IMG/VR virus record: IMGVR_UViG_3300017700_000784
Location: 1-64,000 of that record
DNA length: 64,000 nucleotides
From: a virus
Taxonomy: Duplodnaviria; Heunggongvirae; Uroviricota; Caudoviricetes
Direction: 5' to 3' (one strand)
This document shows, one piece after another, positions 9,945-19,281 of this stretch (positions within the stretch are counted from its first letter, which is position 1; every line of letters starts with the position of its first letter). The notes under the pieces were generated by a model. It was not told the origin of the DNA. It saw only the letters and a program-made list of their open reading frames with translations, and made no database searches. The translations under genes and the position numbers were made by a program.

Positions 9945-10523
9945 TTATATAACAGCTACAGCTTCAGGCACAATAGATGCTACAGTTCTACCATTACAAG
10001 GAGTACCTAAAGCATTCATTTTCCATCCACCATTGTGTCTGTAAAGTTTAGCCATGATTAATCCTGTGTTAGTAGTTCCTCTCTCATTGAGTTTATAGAT
10101 ACAAATTTCTTTGTTTTCTACACTATCAACAAGTCTAGCAAAGCAGTTTTTAACCTTATTAAAAGTTTGACCTTGATAAGAATTAACAACAAACACTAAG
10201 CTATCTACATTTGTAGGCACTGTAGTAAGATTTACATGAATTACTTCATCATCTCCATCACCAGCACCTGTAAGGTTGTCACCACTATGTCTGATGCTTC
10301 CATCACTAGAATGTAATTTTGAAAAACTAACAGTATCCACTACAGTTTTATTTACATCAAACATGATAACAGAAGCATCTAAATCGATACTTCCACCACC
10401 CATACCAAGAAATCCTCCTGATGAAGCATCCCAACCTAAACCCATAAAAACAGCAGTTAAAGCTCCACCATCAGCTTTCTTTAACTCTATTTTTTGTCCT
10501 TTTGTTAAGTTAATACTACTCAT
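9945..10523 (-). CDS. TerD-family stress protein (TerD/TerE/TerZ-like paralogue)
   Basis: 'INLTKGQKIELKK', 'MGLGWDA', 'DLDASVIMFD', 'HSGDNLTGAGDGDDEVIHVNL', 'LVFVVNSY' and 'KLYRHNGGWK' match the TerD-domain consensus. Confidence 0.9.
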   Translation of the reverse strand: MSSINLTKGQKIELKKADGGALTAVFMGLGWDASSGGFLGMGGGSIDLDASVIMFDVNKTVVDTVSFSKLHSSDGSIRHSGDNLTGAGDGDDEVIHVNLTTVPTNVDSLVFVVNSYQGQTFNKVKNCFARLVDSVENKEICIYKLNERGTTNTGLIMAKLYRHNGGWKMNALGTPCNGRTVASIVPEAVAVI

Positions 10524-10664
10524 TATAACTTACTTTTTACATACGCTACAATCTTAGCGCCCCATCCAAGGGTTGTTTCGGCACACATGCCTCCTAAAAA
10601 TACTAATGCAAATCCTATCATCTTTTCTATTTTTGAAAGGGTTAATAATCATTTAAAAAAGTAA

Positions 10665-10706
10665 TCCAAAAGGGGTAGTTAACTTGACCATCAACTAGCC
10701 CCTTAA
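10665..10706 (-). terminator. putative terminator between the two terD genes
   Basis: Imperfect hairpin AAGGGGTAGTT...AACTAgCCCCTT, with a U-tract downstream on the minus strand. Confidence 0.4.
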
Positions 10707-10738
10707 GAATTACCAGGTAACACAAAGAAAAATGTTTT

Positions 10739-11320
10739 TTAGTACTCAGCTACAAATTCAGCTAAGCCACCAGCTTTACCAGTACCAACTGCTTCAAACT
10801 TCCATTCACCATCTTTTTTGTATAATTTTCCGAAAAGTAAAGCAGTTTCCACGCTATAATCTTCATTCAAATCATACTTCATAAGCTCAGTGTTGGTAGC
10901 AGGATCAAATACTCTGATGTAAGCACCGCTTACTTGGCCAAAGTTTTGATTTCTTGCTGCAGCTTCATCAATAGTAACTACAAAGACAATAGCTTCAGCT
11001 TCAGCTTCAATTTTAGAAAAATCTACAACTAAACTTTCATCATCTCCATCTCCTTCTCCAGTTCTGTTGTCTCCTGTGTGCACTACTGCATCATTAGGAG
11101 ATTTCAAATTGTTGTAAAAAACGAAGTGAGCATCTGATAATCTCTTGTTAGCAGCATTAAGAATAACTGCAGATACATCTACATCAAACTGTGGTCCTAC
11201 ATTTGCATTAGGATTCCATCCTAAGCCTACCTGGTATTTAGAAACTCCAGGATTTGTTTTTGTTAGGTCAACTTTTTGACCTTTTGACAAGTTAATTGTC
11301 ACTACGGGTGTTGTACTCAT
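10739..11320 (-). CDS. terD: tellurium-resistance protein TerD
   Basis: Near-collinear with enterobacterial TerD: 'FVFYNNLKSPNDAVVHTGDNRTGEGDGDDESLVVDF', 'IVFVVTIDEAAARNQNFGQVSGAYIRV' and 'LLFGKLYKKDGEWKFEAVGTGKAGGLAEF'. Confidence 0.95.
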   Translation of the reverse strand: MSTTPVVTINLSKGQKVDLTKTNPGVSKYQVGLGWNPNANVGPQFDVDVSAVILNAANKRLSDAHFVFYNNLKSPNDAVVHTGDNRTGEGDGDDESLVVDFSKIEAEAEAIVFVVTIDEAAARNQNFGQVSGAYIRVFDPATNTELMKYDLNEDYSVETALLFGKLYKKDGEWKFEAVGTGKAGGLAEFVAEY

Positions 11321-11349
11321 GGTTATATAAAAATTAAATTTGTTTTTGT

Positions 11350-11570
11350 TTAACTACCTCCACAGCTACTTCCACAAGAGCTACCACAGCTTGAACTACT
11401 ACTACAGCTACTTGAAGATGAACTACTACAAGAGCTATGTGAAGAACTACAACTACTATGGCTACTACATGAAGAACTATGATCATTACTAGAACTGTGA
11501 TGTGAATCACTGGCCGGAGTAGAACCACATGAACTTGCAGAAAAACAGGAAGAAGAACTTGAATTATCTT
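11350..11570 (-). repeat. low-complexity (AGC/TGC-type) repeat encoding the Ser/Cys tail
   Basis: Reiterated 'agctactac / agaactac' units, which produce a homopolymer-like shadow ORF on the other frame (11334..11600). Confidence 0.6.
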
Positions 11571-12054
11571 TTTGAGAGACAGGTTCACTTGCAGATACAC
11601 TATCCATCATAAGTATAGGTATCCAGAACATCCAGTCATCACCAGAATTACTTCTGGAACTTGTGTATCCTGAAGACTTTATACTATGATGATACTGACC
11701 ATACATTCTTTTAGTAGAATTCCATGAAGCTTCATGCTTTTTAGGATTCTCTGTAGTGTTCGGGTCATGATGTATCACTCTTCCAAAAATATCCATACAG
11801 TCATCATAATATTTCCTTGTATCAAGGATGTGCTGATGCCAATAGTCATCTAACTCTTGACTCCAAGGGACTACACAAGCATAAGGATTACTAAATATCA
11901 TAAATAAGAACTGTCTATACTCTTTACAGATTTTGTCAGCTTCTTCTTTAGTCCAACCTTTTTTTTCTATTAAATTTTTAGTAACAGAAGAAAGGTCTAA
12001 CATATCTATTTTTTTAAAAGCTTTTTCAGCTTTAGATGTAAGCCACTCCCACAT
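11350..12054 (-). CDS. hypothetical protein with His-rich N-domain and an extreme Ser/Cys-rich C-terminal tail
   Basis: N-terminal part contains 'WHQHILD' and 'GRVIHHDPN'. C-terminal about 80 aa reads 'SSSSSCFSASSCGSTPASDSHHSSS...SSCSSSHSSCSSSSSSSCSSSSSCGSSCGSSCGGS'. Confidence 0.6.
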   Translation of the reverse strand: MWEWLTSKAEKAFKKIDMLDLSSVTKNLIEKKGWTKEEADKICKEYRQFLFMIFSNPYACVVPWSQELDDYWHQHILDTRKYYDDCMDIFGRVIHHDPNTTENPKKHEASWNSTKRMYGQYHHSIKSSGYTSSRSNSGDDWMFWIPILMMDSVSASEPVSQKDNSSSSSCFSASSCGSTPASDSHHSSSNDHSSSCSSHSSCSSSHSSCSSSSSSSCSSSSSCGSSCGSSCGGS

Positions 12055-12055
12055 A

Positions 12056-12772
12056 TTATTTCTTTTTAAAGATTATTGGAAACAAAAATACAGACATGGT
12101 TACTACTGAGAATACTAAATCTGTGTAGTGATTATTAAGCCATCCGTGTAGTTTATACTGTGGAAAGAAATCCATAATACCAGCTAAAAGCATTTTTAGT
12201 CCTAATAGAAGTATTACTATAAAAGCAGAACCTTCAAGAGTTGGATATTTCTGTAGTATCTGTGAAAAATATTGAGCCACAAATCTCATACCTAATATAC
12301 CTAAAAATACAGCAGCTACAACTACCCATATATTACTGGATAATGATACTACAGCAACTAAGTTATCAAGACTAAAAACTATATCCAGAAATTCTACCAT
12401 TACTACAGTAGTCCAGAATTTATTAAGATGAAAAAATCTACATATCTTCTGTAAAAATCCAGGCTCTTGTCCCTCTTCTACAGAATCAACTTCAGCAGTA
12501 GAGTGAGTATACCATAAATAACATAGGTAAGCACCTCCTAATATCTTAAACACTCCTCCTATAGAAGGATTATATAAAATATAAGAAACCAGTAATAGAG
12601 ATAACCCTCTAAAGAGATAAGCACCAAGTATACCATACTTAAGAGCTTTTTCTCTTTCTTTTTTGTCAGATAAGTTTCTGTTTACTATGACAGCAAGTAC
12701 TGAAGCATTATCAATGCTTAACACTATTTCTATCATAAGTATATTCAGAAACACTAGTAAGAAAGCTATCAT
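12056..12772 (-). CDS. terC: TerC-family integral membrane protein
   Basis: Polytopic membrane protein with the two hallmark TerC motifs 'VLSIDNASVLAVIV' and 'VFSLDNLVAVVSL'. Confidence 0.85.
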   Translation of the reverse strand: MIAFLLVFLNILMIEIVLSIDNASVLAVIVNRNLSDKKEREKALKYGILGAYLFRGLSLLLVSYILYNPSIGGVFKILGGAYLCYLWYTHSTAEVDSVEEGQEPGFLQKICRFFHLNKFWTTVVMVEFLDIVFSLDNLVAVVSLSSNIWVVVAAVFLGILGMRFVAQYFSQILQKYPTLEGSAFIVILLLGLKMLLAGIMDFFPQYKLHGWLNNHYTDLVFSVVTMSVFLFPIIFKKK

Positions 12773-13386
12773 TATTTTTTCAAGTTGTATTTACAACCAT
12801 TCACAATGATATACTCAATGGTTCTTGGATCAACTTGTCTGGTTCTGTTATCATAACTAGCAGAATTATCCTTAGTTACCTCCATATCAATGAAAGACAT
12901 TCTTTTGTGTTCATTGTAAGAACCATAGTGTCTTCCTTTCATTTCTCTAAAAGCTCCCGGAGTAGTTCTAGTGATAGGATTTTCAATAAGATTCTGAACC
13001 ATGATAGGTAATTCTGACATCTTAGCATTTACAAATGCTTGTTTAGCAGCCTCAACTTCAGACTTGTAATCTCTTACAAGTTTTTCTTTGTCTTTTTCAT
13101 AAAAACCAACAGCCATAGCAATTCTTGGATTACTGTCAAAAATCTCAATAAGTTCTGTTCTTGTTTTCACTTCTTCTCTGTCATAGTAATCTGCACTACT
13201 AAGGATTTTTTCAACATACTTGTTGCCAAGAGTAATGTTATCATTACCATGTTCATCAGAAACAACAATACTACCTGGTAATATTTTCTTTACAATGAAG
13301 AAAGATGATTCAGATAATATTGATCCTGCTTTTAATCCAGCCAATTTACTTGTTGCTTGTTTAGCAACTGTTGCACTTTTTCCCAT
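12772..13386 (-). CDS. hypothetical protein (inside the Ter-like cluster)
   Basis: 204-aa ORF with a 1-nt overlap with terC. Confidence 0.5.
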   Translation of the reverse strand: MGKSATVAKQATSKLAGLKAGSILSESSFFIVKKILPGSIVVSDEHGNDNITLGNKYVEKILSSADYYDREEVKTRTELIEIFDSNPRIAMAVGFYEKDKEKLVRDYKSEVEAAKQAFVNAKMSELPIMVQNLIENPITRTTPGAFREMKGRHYGSYNEHKRMSFIDMEVTKDNSASYDNRTRQVDPRTIEYIIVNGCKYNLKK

Positions 13387-13450
13387 GCTTTTTAGTTTTT
13401 AAAGTTTATGAATTATTTTTTTCTTTTTTAGCAATTTTTCCCAAGTCTTA

Positions 13451-14278
13451 TTACTTGATGTCTTTATAGAAACCTTTACTTACATCTTCTCCTGCAACAG
13501 CGCTGGTAAAATAAGCAGTTCTACTTCTTAAAGTCTCTCCAAGAACTTTTTTAAGGCCTTCTCCAGTACCATCATAAGATGCAGTATTACTAGCATGCAC
13601 TTTTGTTTTTCTTATGATAGAAGCAACATCTTGTTTGGTTCCAATAAAAGTAATAGTGAAATTTTTACTATTATACTCTTCTATTAGTTTACCTACAGAC
13701 TCAGAATTATACTTACGGGAAGCATTTTCTTCTCCATCTGTATAGATGTTTACTAAAACTTTACATGAAGTATCTTTAAGATAAGATTTCATTGCTGTAA
13801 GAGTCTGTCCTATAGCATCATATAATGCTGTGGTACCTCCGGCATGGCAAGCAATTTTTGATACACCTTTAACAGGTTTAGACAAATACTGTAAATCTAC
13901 ATTATGGTCAAATTGACAATAAGTGTGTGTATATACTACTTTGTCTTTTGAGTTTTGAAGCTCTTCTACTCCTTTATTAAGGAATTCTTTGGCATTTTGA
14001 ATTTTAGGTCCTGACATAGAACCAGAGCGATCTAAAATGTCTACAACATGAATAGTTGTGATTTTGTTTTTACTAGAAGACTTATCAGTCTTAGTACTCT
14101 TAGGTGGGGTTGTAGTTGTAGTAGCAGTTGCTTTTTTACCAGTTTTTAAAAAACTAATGTACTCAGCAGCAGTACTAAAACCCTCTTTTTGTGCTTTTTT
14201 CTCTCTTGAAACTTTGTTTCTTTGGATAAAAGACTTTAACAGATCAGAATTCGATTTTTTTGTGGCAGTTGCACTCAT
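13451..14278 (-). CDS. vWA-domain protein (TerY-like)
   Basis: MIDAS motif 'VVDILDRSGSMSG' ... 'GGTTALYDAI' ... 'YTDGEEN'. The N-terminal about 70 aa is Lys/Thr-rich and looks disordered. Confidence 0.8.
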   Translation of the reverse strand: MSATATKKSNSDLLKSFIQRNKVSREKKAQKEGFSTAAEYISFLKTGKKATATTTTTPPKSTKTDKSSSKNKITTIHVVDILDRSGSMSGPKIQNAKEFLNKGVEELQNSKDKVVYTHTYCQFDHNVDLQYLSKPVKGVSKIACHAGGTTALYDAIGQTLTAMKSYLKDTSCKVLVNIYTDGEENASRKYNSESVGKLIEEYNSKNFTITFIGTKQDVASIIRKTKVHASNTASYDGTGEGLKKVLGETLRSRTAYFTSAVAGEDVSKGFYKDIK

Positions 14279-14303
14279 ATATAAAAATTTAGAATTTTTG
14301 ATA

Positions 14304-14337
14304 CTAAAAAAAAAGGCTCACAATTAAGTAAGCCTTT
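14304..14337 (-). terminator. rho-independent terminator
   Basis: Stem AAAGGCT/AGCCTTT with a 12-nt loop, followed on the minus strand by U9. Confidence 0.55.
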
Positions 14338-14366
14338 TCAAATTTAATAGGTAATCTTTTTTTTAA

Positions 14367-14789
14367 TTAAGCCAAAAAATCAGCTTTAATAGCCTTGAAT
14401 TCTTCTACTTCAGCTTCGATATCAGAGATGGCTTCTTTCTCTGACTCAACTTGTGCTTCAAGTCTTTTAACTTCTGTTTTAGCAGTGTTTCTATCTGTAA
14501 GATAGTCTCTAAAATAAGGTCTTACAGCAAATCTTGTATCTTCAAAAGCTTTTTGAGCTTTAGTTAAAGCTTGCTCAGTACGCTTAAGGGCTAATTTTGC
14601 CTGAGGGATATCTTGTACCTCTCTGGTAGAGATTTGGGTATCTATCTCAATAAGAGAATCCTCAACAAAAGTTGTCACTGCATCAGTGATTTTTTCATCT
14701 TCTGTCTGATTAGCAGCTGCTAATGCATTACTTAAGAATTTACTAGTTTTTCCTGTTACTGCTTTTGTAACTTTTGATTTTGTGCTCAT
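14367..14789 (-). CDS. coiled-coil protein
   Basis: 140-aa charged, helical, heptad-like sequence. Confidence 0.45.
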   Translation of the reverse strand: MSTKSKVTKAVTGKTSKFLSNALAAANQTEDEKITDAVTTFVEDSLIEIDTQISTREVQDIPQAKLALKRTEQALTKAQKAFEDTRFAVRPYFRDYLTDRNTAKTEVKRLEAQVESEKEAISDIEAEVEEFKAIKADFLA

Positions 14790-14794
14790 GTTTA

Positions 14795-16183
14795 TTAAGG
14801 TTTTAAATTTGTTTTTGTTTTCTTTATTGTAAGATTTTTTGATACCTTATTTTTAGGTATCTGTTTTTTTGTTTTATTAATGATTACTTCTAATTTTCGA
14901 GAGTTTTTCAAAGATACTCCAGAAGTAGTATTAACTTCTATTACATCAGAAAGTTTTAACTCAGGAGTTAAAAATGATGAATAAGACAACTGTTTTTTAC
15001 AAAAAGCCCAAGCATATAACTCTTCATAAGTATAAGGACATATAGGTTTTATAAATACTCCTTCTGAAGTAACATATTTTTGATTAAAAGTTTTTAAAGT
15101 ACCTTTTCCTTGAATATCACTCCAAAAAAGTCCCCCTTCTACAGTATCTGACCATGTAAACATTGTTCCTAAACTAGTAGACATAGTTTTTCCAGGAGGA
15201 TTAGGAATACCATAAGTTACTTTTTTCTCATACTCATATAATCTTATAAGTATTACATGTCTTACCATCTTAGGAAAGTCTTCAAATTTACAATTATGTT
15301 TAACTGAAGTTATTATTGACTGTGTTGGTTGTATCATTAACTGTTCTACAGTTTTACTATTTACTTTAATCATCTCCTTGTTAAAATCAGAATTTGAATG
15401 ATTTAAGCTAAATCTTTTATTTGTAGTGACATCTACACCTTTAGCACTAATAGCTTTATCAAATTCGTATTTATGAAAGTTTGGTTCTATAATTAATATA
15501 TTTCTTATTCTAAAATATATAGGAAAATCAGAATCTTGTAATCCTACAAAATATGAGCTATTACCAAGTTTAGGACTTATACACCAATCACCTGCTTTAA
15601 ATTTTTCTTCAATGTTTATAACATCATTTTTTTCAAATATATGAACAGCTGTTGCCCATCTATTTCCTTGTTTTACTAATCTTGATGATTGAGTATTACC
15701 ATATTTAAGAGTATCACTAGTACCTCTTTCAAAAAATTCTCCACTAGGAAGCACAGCATATATATTGGAGCCTAATATTTTAAAATCTTCAGTTACTACT
15801 TTACAGTGTTCAGTATTAGGAGTAATAACATGTACAGGTTTAAAATAGGTACCAATAGGATATCTTTCTTTTGCTTCTGCAATTAATTCTTCTTGAGTAC
15901 TAAGTTTTTTCTCAGGTTCAGTCATAACCTCTGCCCATTTTCCTTCCTTATACATTGTCCAAAAACTAGGACCTGAAATACCTTGAATACATCCATCATG
16001 TCCTCTTAGAAATATTCTTATGTCAGTAAGATGAGAACCTTCTATAATAAGATCTTTATCTGAAAGTTCTTTAGCAATAACTTTTCTAGCTGTATATCCT
16101 ACTGGAATAAATTCAGTACCTGGTGTATATTTAGCAATGGTTGTACCTATTAAATCTTTTTTTAAGGTTTCTAATGCATTCAT
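14795..16183 (-). CDS. hypothetical protein
   Basis: 462-aa ORF. Confidence 0.5.
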   Translation of the reverse strand: MNALETLKKDLIGTTIAKYTPGTEFIPVGYTARKVIAKELSDKDLIIEGSHLTDIRIFLRGHDGCIQGISGPSFWTMYKEGKWAEVMTEPEKKLSTQEELIAEAKERYPIGTYFKPVHVITPNTEHCKVVTEDFKILGSNIYAVLPSGEFFERGTSDTLKYGNTQSSRLVKQGNRWATAVHIFEKNDVINIEEKFKAGDWCISPKLGNSSYFVGLQDSDFPIYFRIRNILIIEPNFHKYEFDKAISAKGVDVTTNKRFSLNHSNSDFNKEMIKVNSKTVEQLMIQPTQSIITSVKHNCKFEDFPKMVRHVILIRLYEYEKKVTYGIPNPPGKTMSTSLGTMFTWSDTVEGGLFWSDIQGKGTLKTFNQKYVTSEGVFIKPICPYTYEELYAWAFCKKQLSYSSFLTPELKLSDVIEVNTTSGVSLKNSRKLEVIINKTKKQIPKNKVSKNLTIKKTKTNLKP

Positions 16184-16881
16184 AACTTATTCCTGTTTTT
16201 AAGAAAGTTAGTGTTATAAGATTTAGTGTCTGCAAATCCTTTTATGTCAGAGTAATTTATTCTAACAGGATTACGACCTTCTCTTAACCATTTTTTACAG
16301 GTGATAGTAACTCTCATTTTACTATCTATTTCTGTAATCTTATAGATACCAACAAAAGGATGTATGTTTACTACATGTCCTACTTGATATTTATAGAGTG
16401 CTTTAATCTCTTTATAAGCTTTAACAGCTTTATGCAACCATATCTCATCTTCTGAGGCAAATTGAAGTATTTGTGCTCCATTGTTTTGCTTATTTACAGA
16501 AAGAGTCTCTGGCTCACTTATAAGAGCATTTTTATATAAAATTTCTACTTTTTCATCTACCTTAACTTTTACTATTATGCCTCCATCAAGTCTTAATTGA
16601 ATACAACCCTCTTTTATAGAAGGATTATACTTAAGAGTAGATAAGTTAGAAATAGAAATATCAGGGTGATAATACAAAAACTCCTCCCGGTGTTTAAGTA
16701 TATTCTTTAAAGTAGCATCTATATTAACTAAAGCTGTACCAACTTCATCTGATGCTATTAGTCTTTTCTTAATAGCATCAGATAAATGGTAACAAGCCTG
16801 TAAGTCATTAGACTGCTTTAAGGTGTACTCTATGAGCGGGGATTCCTGCAAGGTCATTGGCTGTTGGATTATGTTCAACAA
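16180..16881 (-). CDS. hypothetical protein
   Basis: 233-aa ORF with a 4-nt overlap. Confidence 0.5.
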   Translation of the reverse strand: MLNIIQQPMTLQESPLIEYTLKQSNDLQACYHLSDAIKKRLIASDEVGTALVNIDATLKNILKHREEFLYYHPDISISNLSTLKYNPSIKEGCIQLRLDGGIIVKVKVDEKVEILYKNALISEPETLSVNKQNNGAQILQFASEDEIWLHKAVKAYKEIKALYKYQVGHVVNIHPFVGIYKITEIDSKMRVTITCKKWLREGRNPVRINYSDIKGFADTKSYNTNFLKNRNKL

Positions 16882-17032
16882 ACCTCTTAAGTCTCTTAAA
16901 AGGGAAACCTTCTTGATAGTTCTCGATAATTACAAGTACATCAATACAGCTTTGTTGTTCAATGTTAGTGGAAGCCATAAGGACTCCTCTTAATATTCTT
17001 TTTCTTTTTGGTTTCTTAGTTACAATAGCCAT
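16808..17032 (-). CDS. small basic protein
   Basis: 74-aa ORF with a KKPKRKR N-terminus; overlaps the downstream ORF. Confidence 0.3.
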   Translation of the reverse strand: MAIVTKKPKRKRILRGVLMASTNIEQQSCIDVLVIIENYQEGFPFKRLKRFVEHNPTANDLAGIPAHRVHLKAV

Positions 17033-17062
17033 AATTTGGTTTTTAGGTGGGTTAGTAATAAA

Positions 17063-17398
17063 TTATTTTAATATTTTTTTACAAATACCTTCAATTGCTT
17101 TAGGATCTTTGTTGTAAGCTTCAATAATTAAAGCTATAACTCTTTGATTCTCTACAGGAACTGTAGCGATAGTCTCTATATAATTCTCATACTCAGTATA
17201 AGTATTTACAGTAGCCTCTTCATTATTATTAAAAAAGTGATCATAATTCTCCTCAGCTTTAAACAGATGAGGAAGTAGTATATTTATACCATATTTAATC
17301 TCTTTTTTGTAGTAGTCAGTATGTTTTAGTGCCATCAAATGATTCATAGCTATCTGAAGAGTAATAATACTATGGGTAACACGGGTCTTAATATTCAT
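17063..17398 (-). CDS. hypothetical protein
   Basis: 111-aa ORF. Confidence 0.45.
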   Translation of the reverse strand: MNIKTRVTHSIITLQIAMNHLMALKHTDYYKKEIKYGINILLPHLFKAEENYDHFFNNNEEATVNTYTEYENYIETIATVPVENQRVIALIIEAYNKDPKAIEGICKKILK

Positions 17399-17600
17399 CT
17401 GAATTGTTTTTCAAATAATATATAAGAGAAAAATAAATAATAGTAAAAATTATAGCACCAATAGGAACTATAATCCATCCTCGTAATTTATCTGATGCAA
17501 AATATCCTAATATTCCGGAAGCAATCCACATAAGTATCATACACCACATCATTTGTCTTATAAAGCTTTTTAGCTCTTTTATTGAGTCTGAGTTTTTCAT
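17388..17600 (-). CDS. small membrane protein (2 transmembrane segments)
   Basis: Start moved to the internal ATG (MKNSDSIKELKSF...) to avoid a 74-nt overlap with the vWA gene. 'MMWCMILMWIASGILGYF' and 'IVPIGAIIFTIIYF' are hydrophobic. Confidence 0.4.
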   Translation of the reverse strand: MKNSDSIKELKSFIRQMMWCMILMWIASGILGYFASDKLRGWIIVPIGAIIFTIIYFSLIYYLKNNSDEY

Positions 17601-17649
17601 GATTTTGTCTTTTTTAAAAAAGCTCCCTAAATAAATAGAGAGCTTTATA

Positions 17650-19278
17650 TTATTCTTCTTCACCTTTGGCAACATTAAACATACCTTCAGTGGTATATCC
17701 AGTAATATTACCGCAATTATCAATCATAATTTGTTTTCCACCACTGTTTACACAGAGGTTTTTAAGCTCATCACTAAATTCCATTAATGATATAGCATTT
17801 ACTTTGTAAGGAAAAGCATCATATCCTACACTATCCTGACCATCATTTATGATGAGTATCTCAGGTTTCACTTTAGATAAGTCTGTTTTCAAATTACAAA
17901 GGCTGCCTCTTTTAATCTCATCAGAAATATGAGTTACAATTCTTCCCATATCAGTTAAAGAACCATTAGGGGAATTACTGAAATTCTTCCAGAAAGATTT
18001 TACATCAGCAGCACACTTAAGATGAGTAAATTTAAGATGTTCAGGATTACTTACAAAGTAGCTGAAATAAATCTCAGCATTACCTCTGATAACATGTCTG
18101 AACCTATCCATAAGAATAGAGTTAACCCACACTTGTTTAGTAGGGTCATGCATACTTCCTGAATAGTCACAGATAATAATAATAGTCTGTTTCTTTTCAG
18201 TCTTAGAAATAGGGACATTTACCACAAGTTCTTTAGTAAGAAGCTTAAGGCCATAATAAGGAAGAAGTCTTTGATAGATATCTATTTTAGTTATCTGATC
18301 ATAGCTACGCATGATTTGCTTTTTAACATGAATAGAGTTTTCCACTTCTTTTTCACCAGTTTCAAGTTCAACCTTAAAATGACTACCCATGTCTCCCATT
18401 ATGGAAATATTCTGCATGATAGTATCTAAAGATTTTCTACTGTAAGCACAATGGTCAAATTGTCCCATAAGAGACTCATCACCATAATCCTCACGCTTAA
18501 AACTAATGTTTCTGTGTATATCCTTCTTACCAACTCTTTTGGCCATCTGCTCACGAGCTTCAGCATCTCTAACCCTATGATAAACAGCAAGAGCTTGTTC
18601 AAGAGGAGAAAAACCTGGAATATAGGTATTATATATGTCATCAAAGATTTTTTTCTTTTTTTCATATGTAGAACCACCTTCATTGTTTTTCATTCTCTTA
18701 GACATATAATCCTTGTCATCTATCATTTTAAGATAACATACTCTACATATCTCTTGAACAAGTTCAACAGATTCGTTAGTATATACATTAATCTTACCTT
18801 TAATTTCAAATTCTGTAGGAGTAATATAATTATCAGGATTTTTTACATACAGCTCACCAACAGTACCGCTGTCATACCAAGTACTCCAGTTATAACTAGA
18901 CCATCTGGTAGCACTCCATGCAAACTCTTTCTTTTCAGGAACATAATATTCATCATCATCTTCATTTCTGTAATTTTCACTATAAATACTATGACCTGCT
19001 GTTAAAGTGCTTCTTCTAGTGTCCATGACACTGATTCCTCTTTTCTTTTGAATTCTTTCAAGACGCTTTCTTTCCTTCTCTTCTCTTCTTTGCTGTCTTC
19101 TATCAAACTTACTTACATATTTGTCAGTGTTTGGAGTAGAAGAACTATCAGCAGCCTTGGTAACTGTGTAGGAACCATACTTAGTGTATACTATTGTGGT
19201 TACACGTCCAGGAGTAGGTTCTACAGGTTTTTTTAATGCTAATGGAGACCACAACTTTCCGCCTTTTTCCCATGGCAT
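17650..19278 (-). CDS. vWA-domain protein, CobT-like (C-terminal vWA)
   Basis: MIDAS motif 'QTIIIICDYSGSMHD' ... 'SLTDMG' ... 'ILIINDGQDSV'. Lies immediately downstream of an AAA+ ATPase. Confidence 0.7.
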   Translation of the reverse strand: MPWEKGGKLWSPLALKKPVEPTPGRVTTIVYTKYGSYTVTKAADSSSTPNTDKYVSKFDRRQQRREEKERKRLERIQKKRGISVMDTRRSTLTAGHSIYSENYRNEDDDEYYVPEKKEFAWSATRWSSYNWSTWYDSGTVGELYVKNPDNYITPTEFEIKGKINVYTNESVELVQEICRVCYLKMIDDKDYMSKRMKNNEGGSTYEKKKKIFDDIYNTYIPGFSPLEQALAVYHRVRDAEAREQMAKRVGKKDIHRNISFKREDYGDESLMGQFDHCAYSRKSLDTIMQNISIMGDMGSHFKVELETGEKEVENSIHVKKQIMRSYDQITKIDIYQRLLPYYGLKLLTKELVVNVPISKTEKKQTIIIICDYSGSMHDPTKQVWVNSILMDRFRHVIRGNAEIYFSYFVSNPEHLKFTHLKCAADVKSFWKNFSNSPNGSLTDMGRIVTHISDEIKRGSLCNLKTDLSKVKPEILIINDGQDSVGYDAFPYKVNAISLMEFSDELKNLCVNSGGKQIMIDNCGNITGYTTEGMFNVAKGEEE

Positions 19279-19281
19279 AGT

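Noticed and set aside
11334-11600. 88-aa ORF (HVVAIVVVVLHIALVVV...) on the minus strand
   Set aside because: It is a frame-shadow of the Ser/Cys simple-sequence repeat inside gene 11350-12054.
18426-19236. Three ORFs (18426-18683 -, 18451-19005 +, 19048-19236 +) inside or antisense to the vWA gene
   Set aside because: They are fully nested in the 542-aa vWA gene and low-complexity or hydrophobic, so they are spurious.
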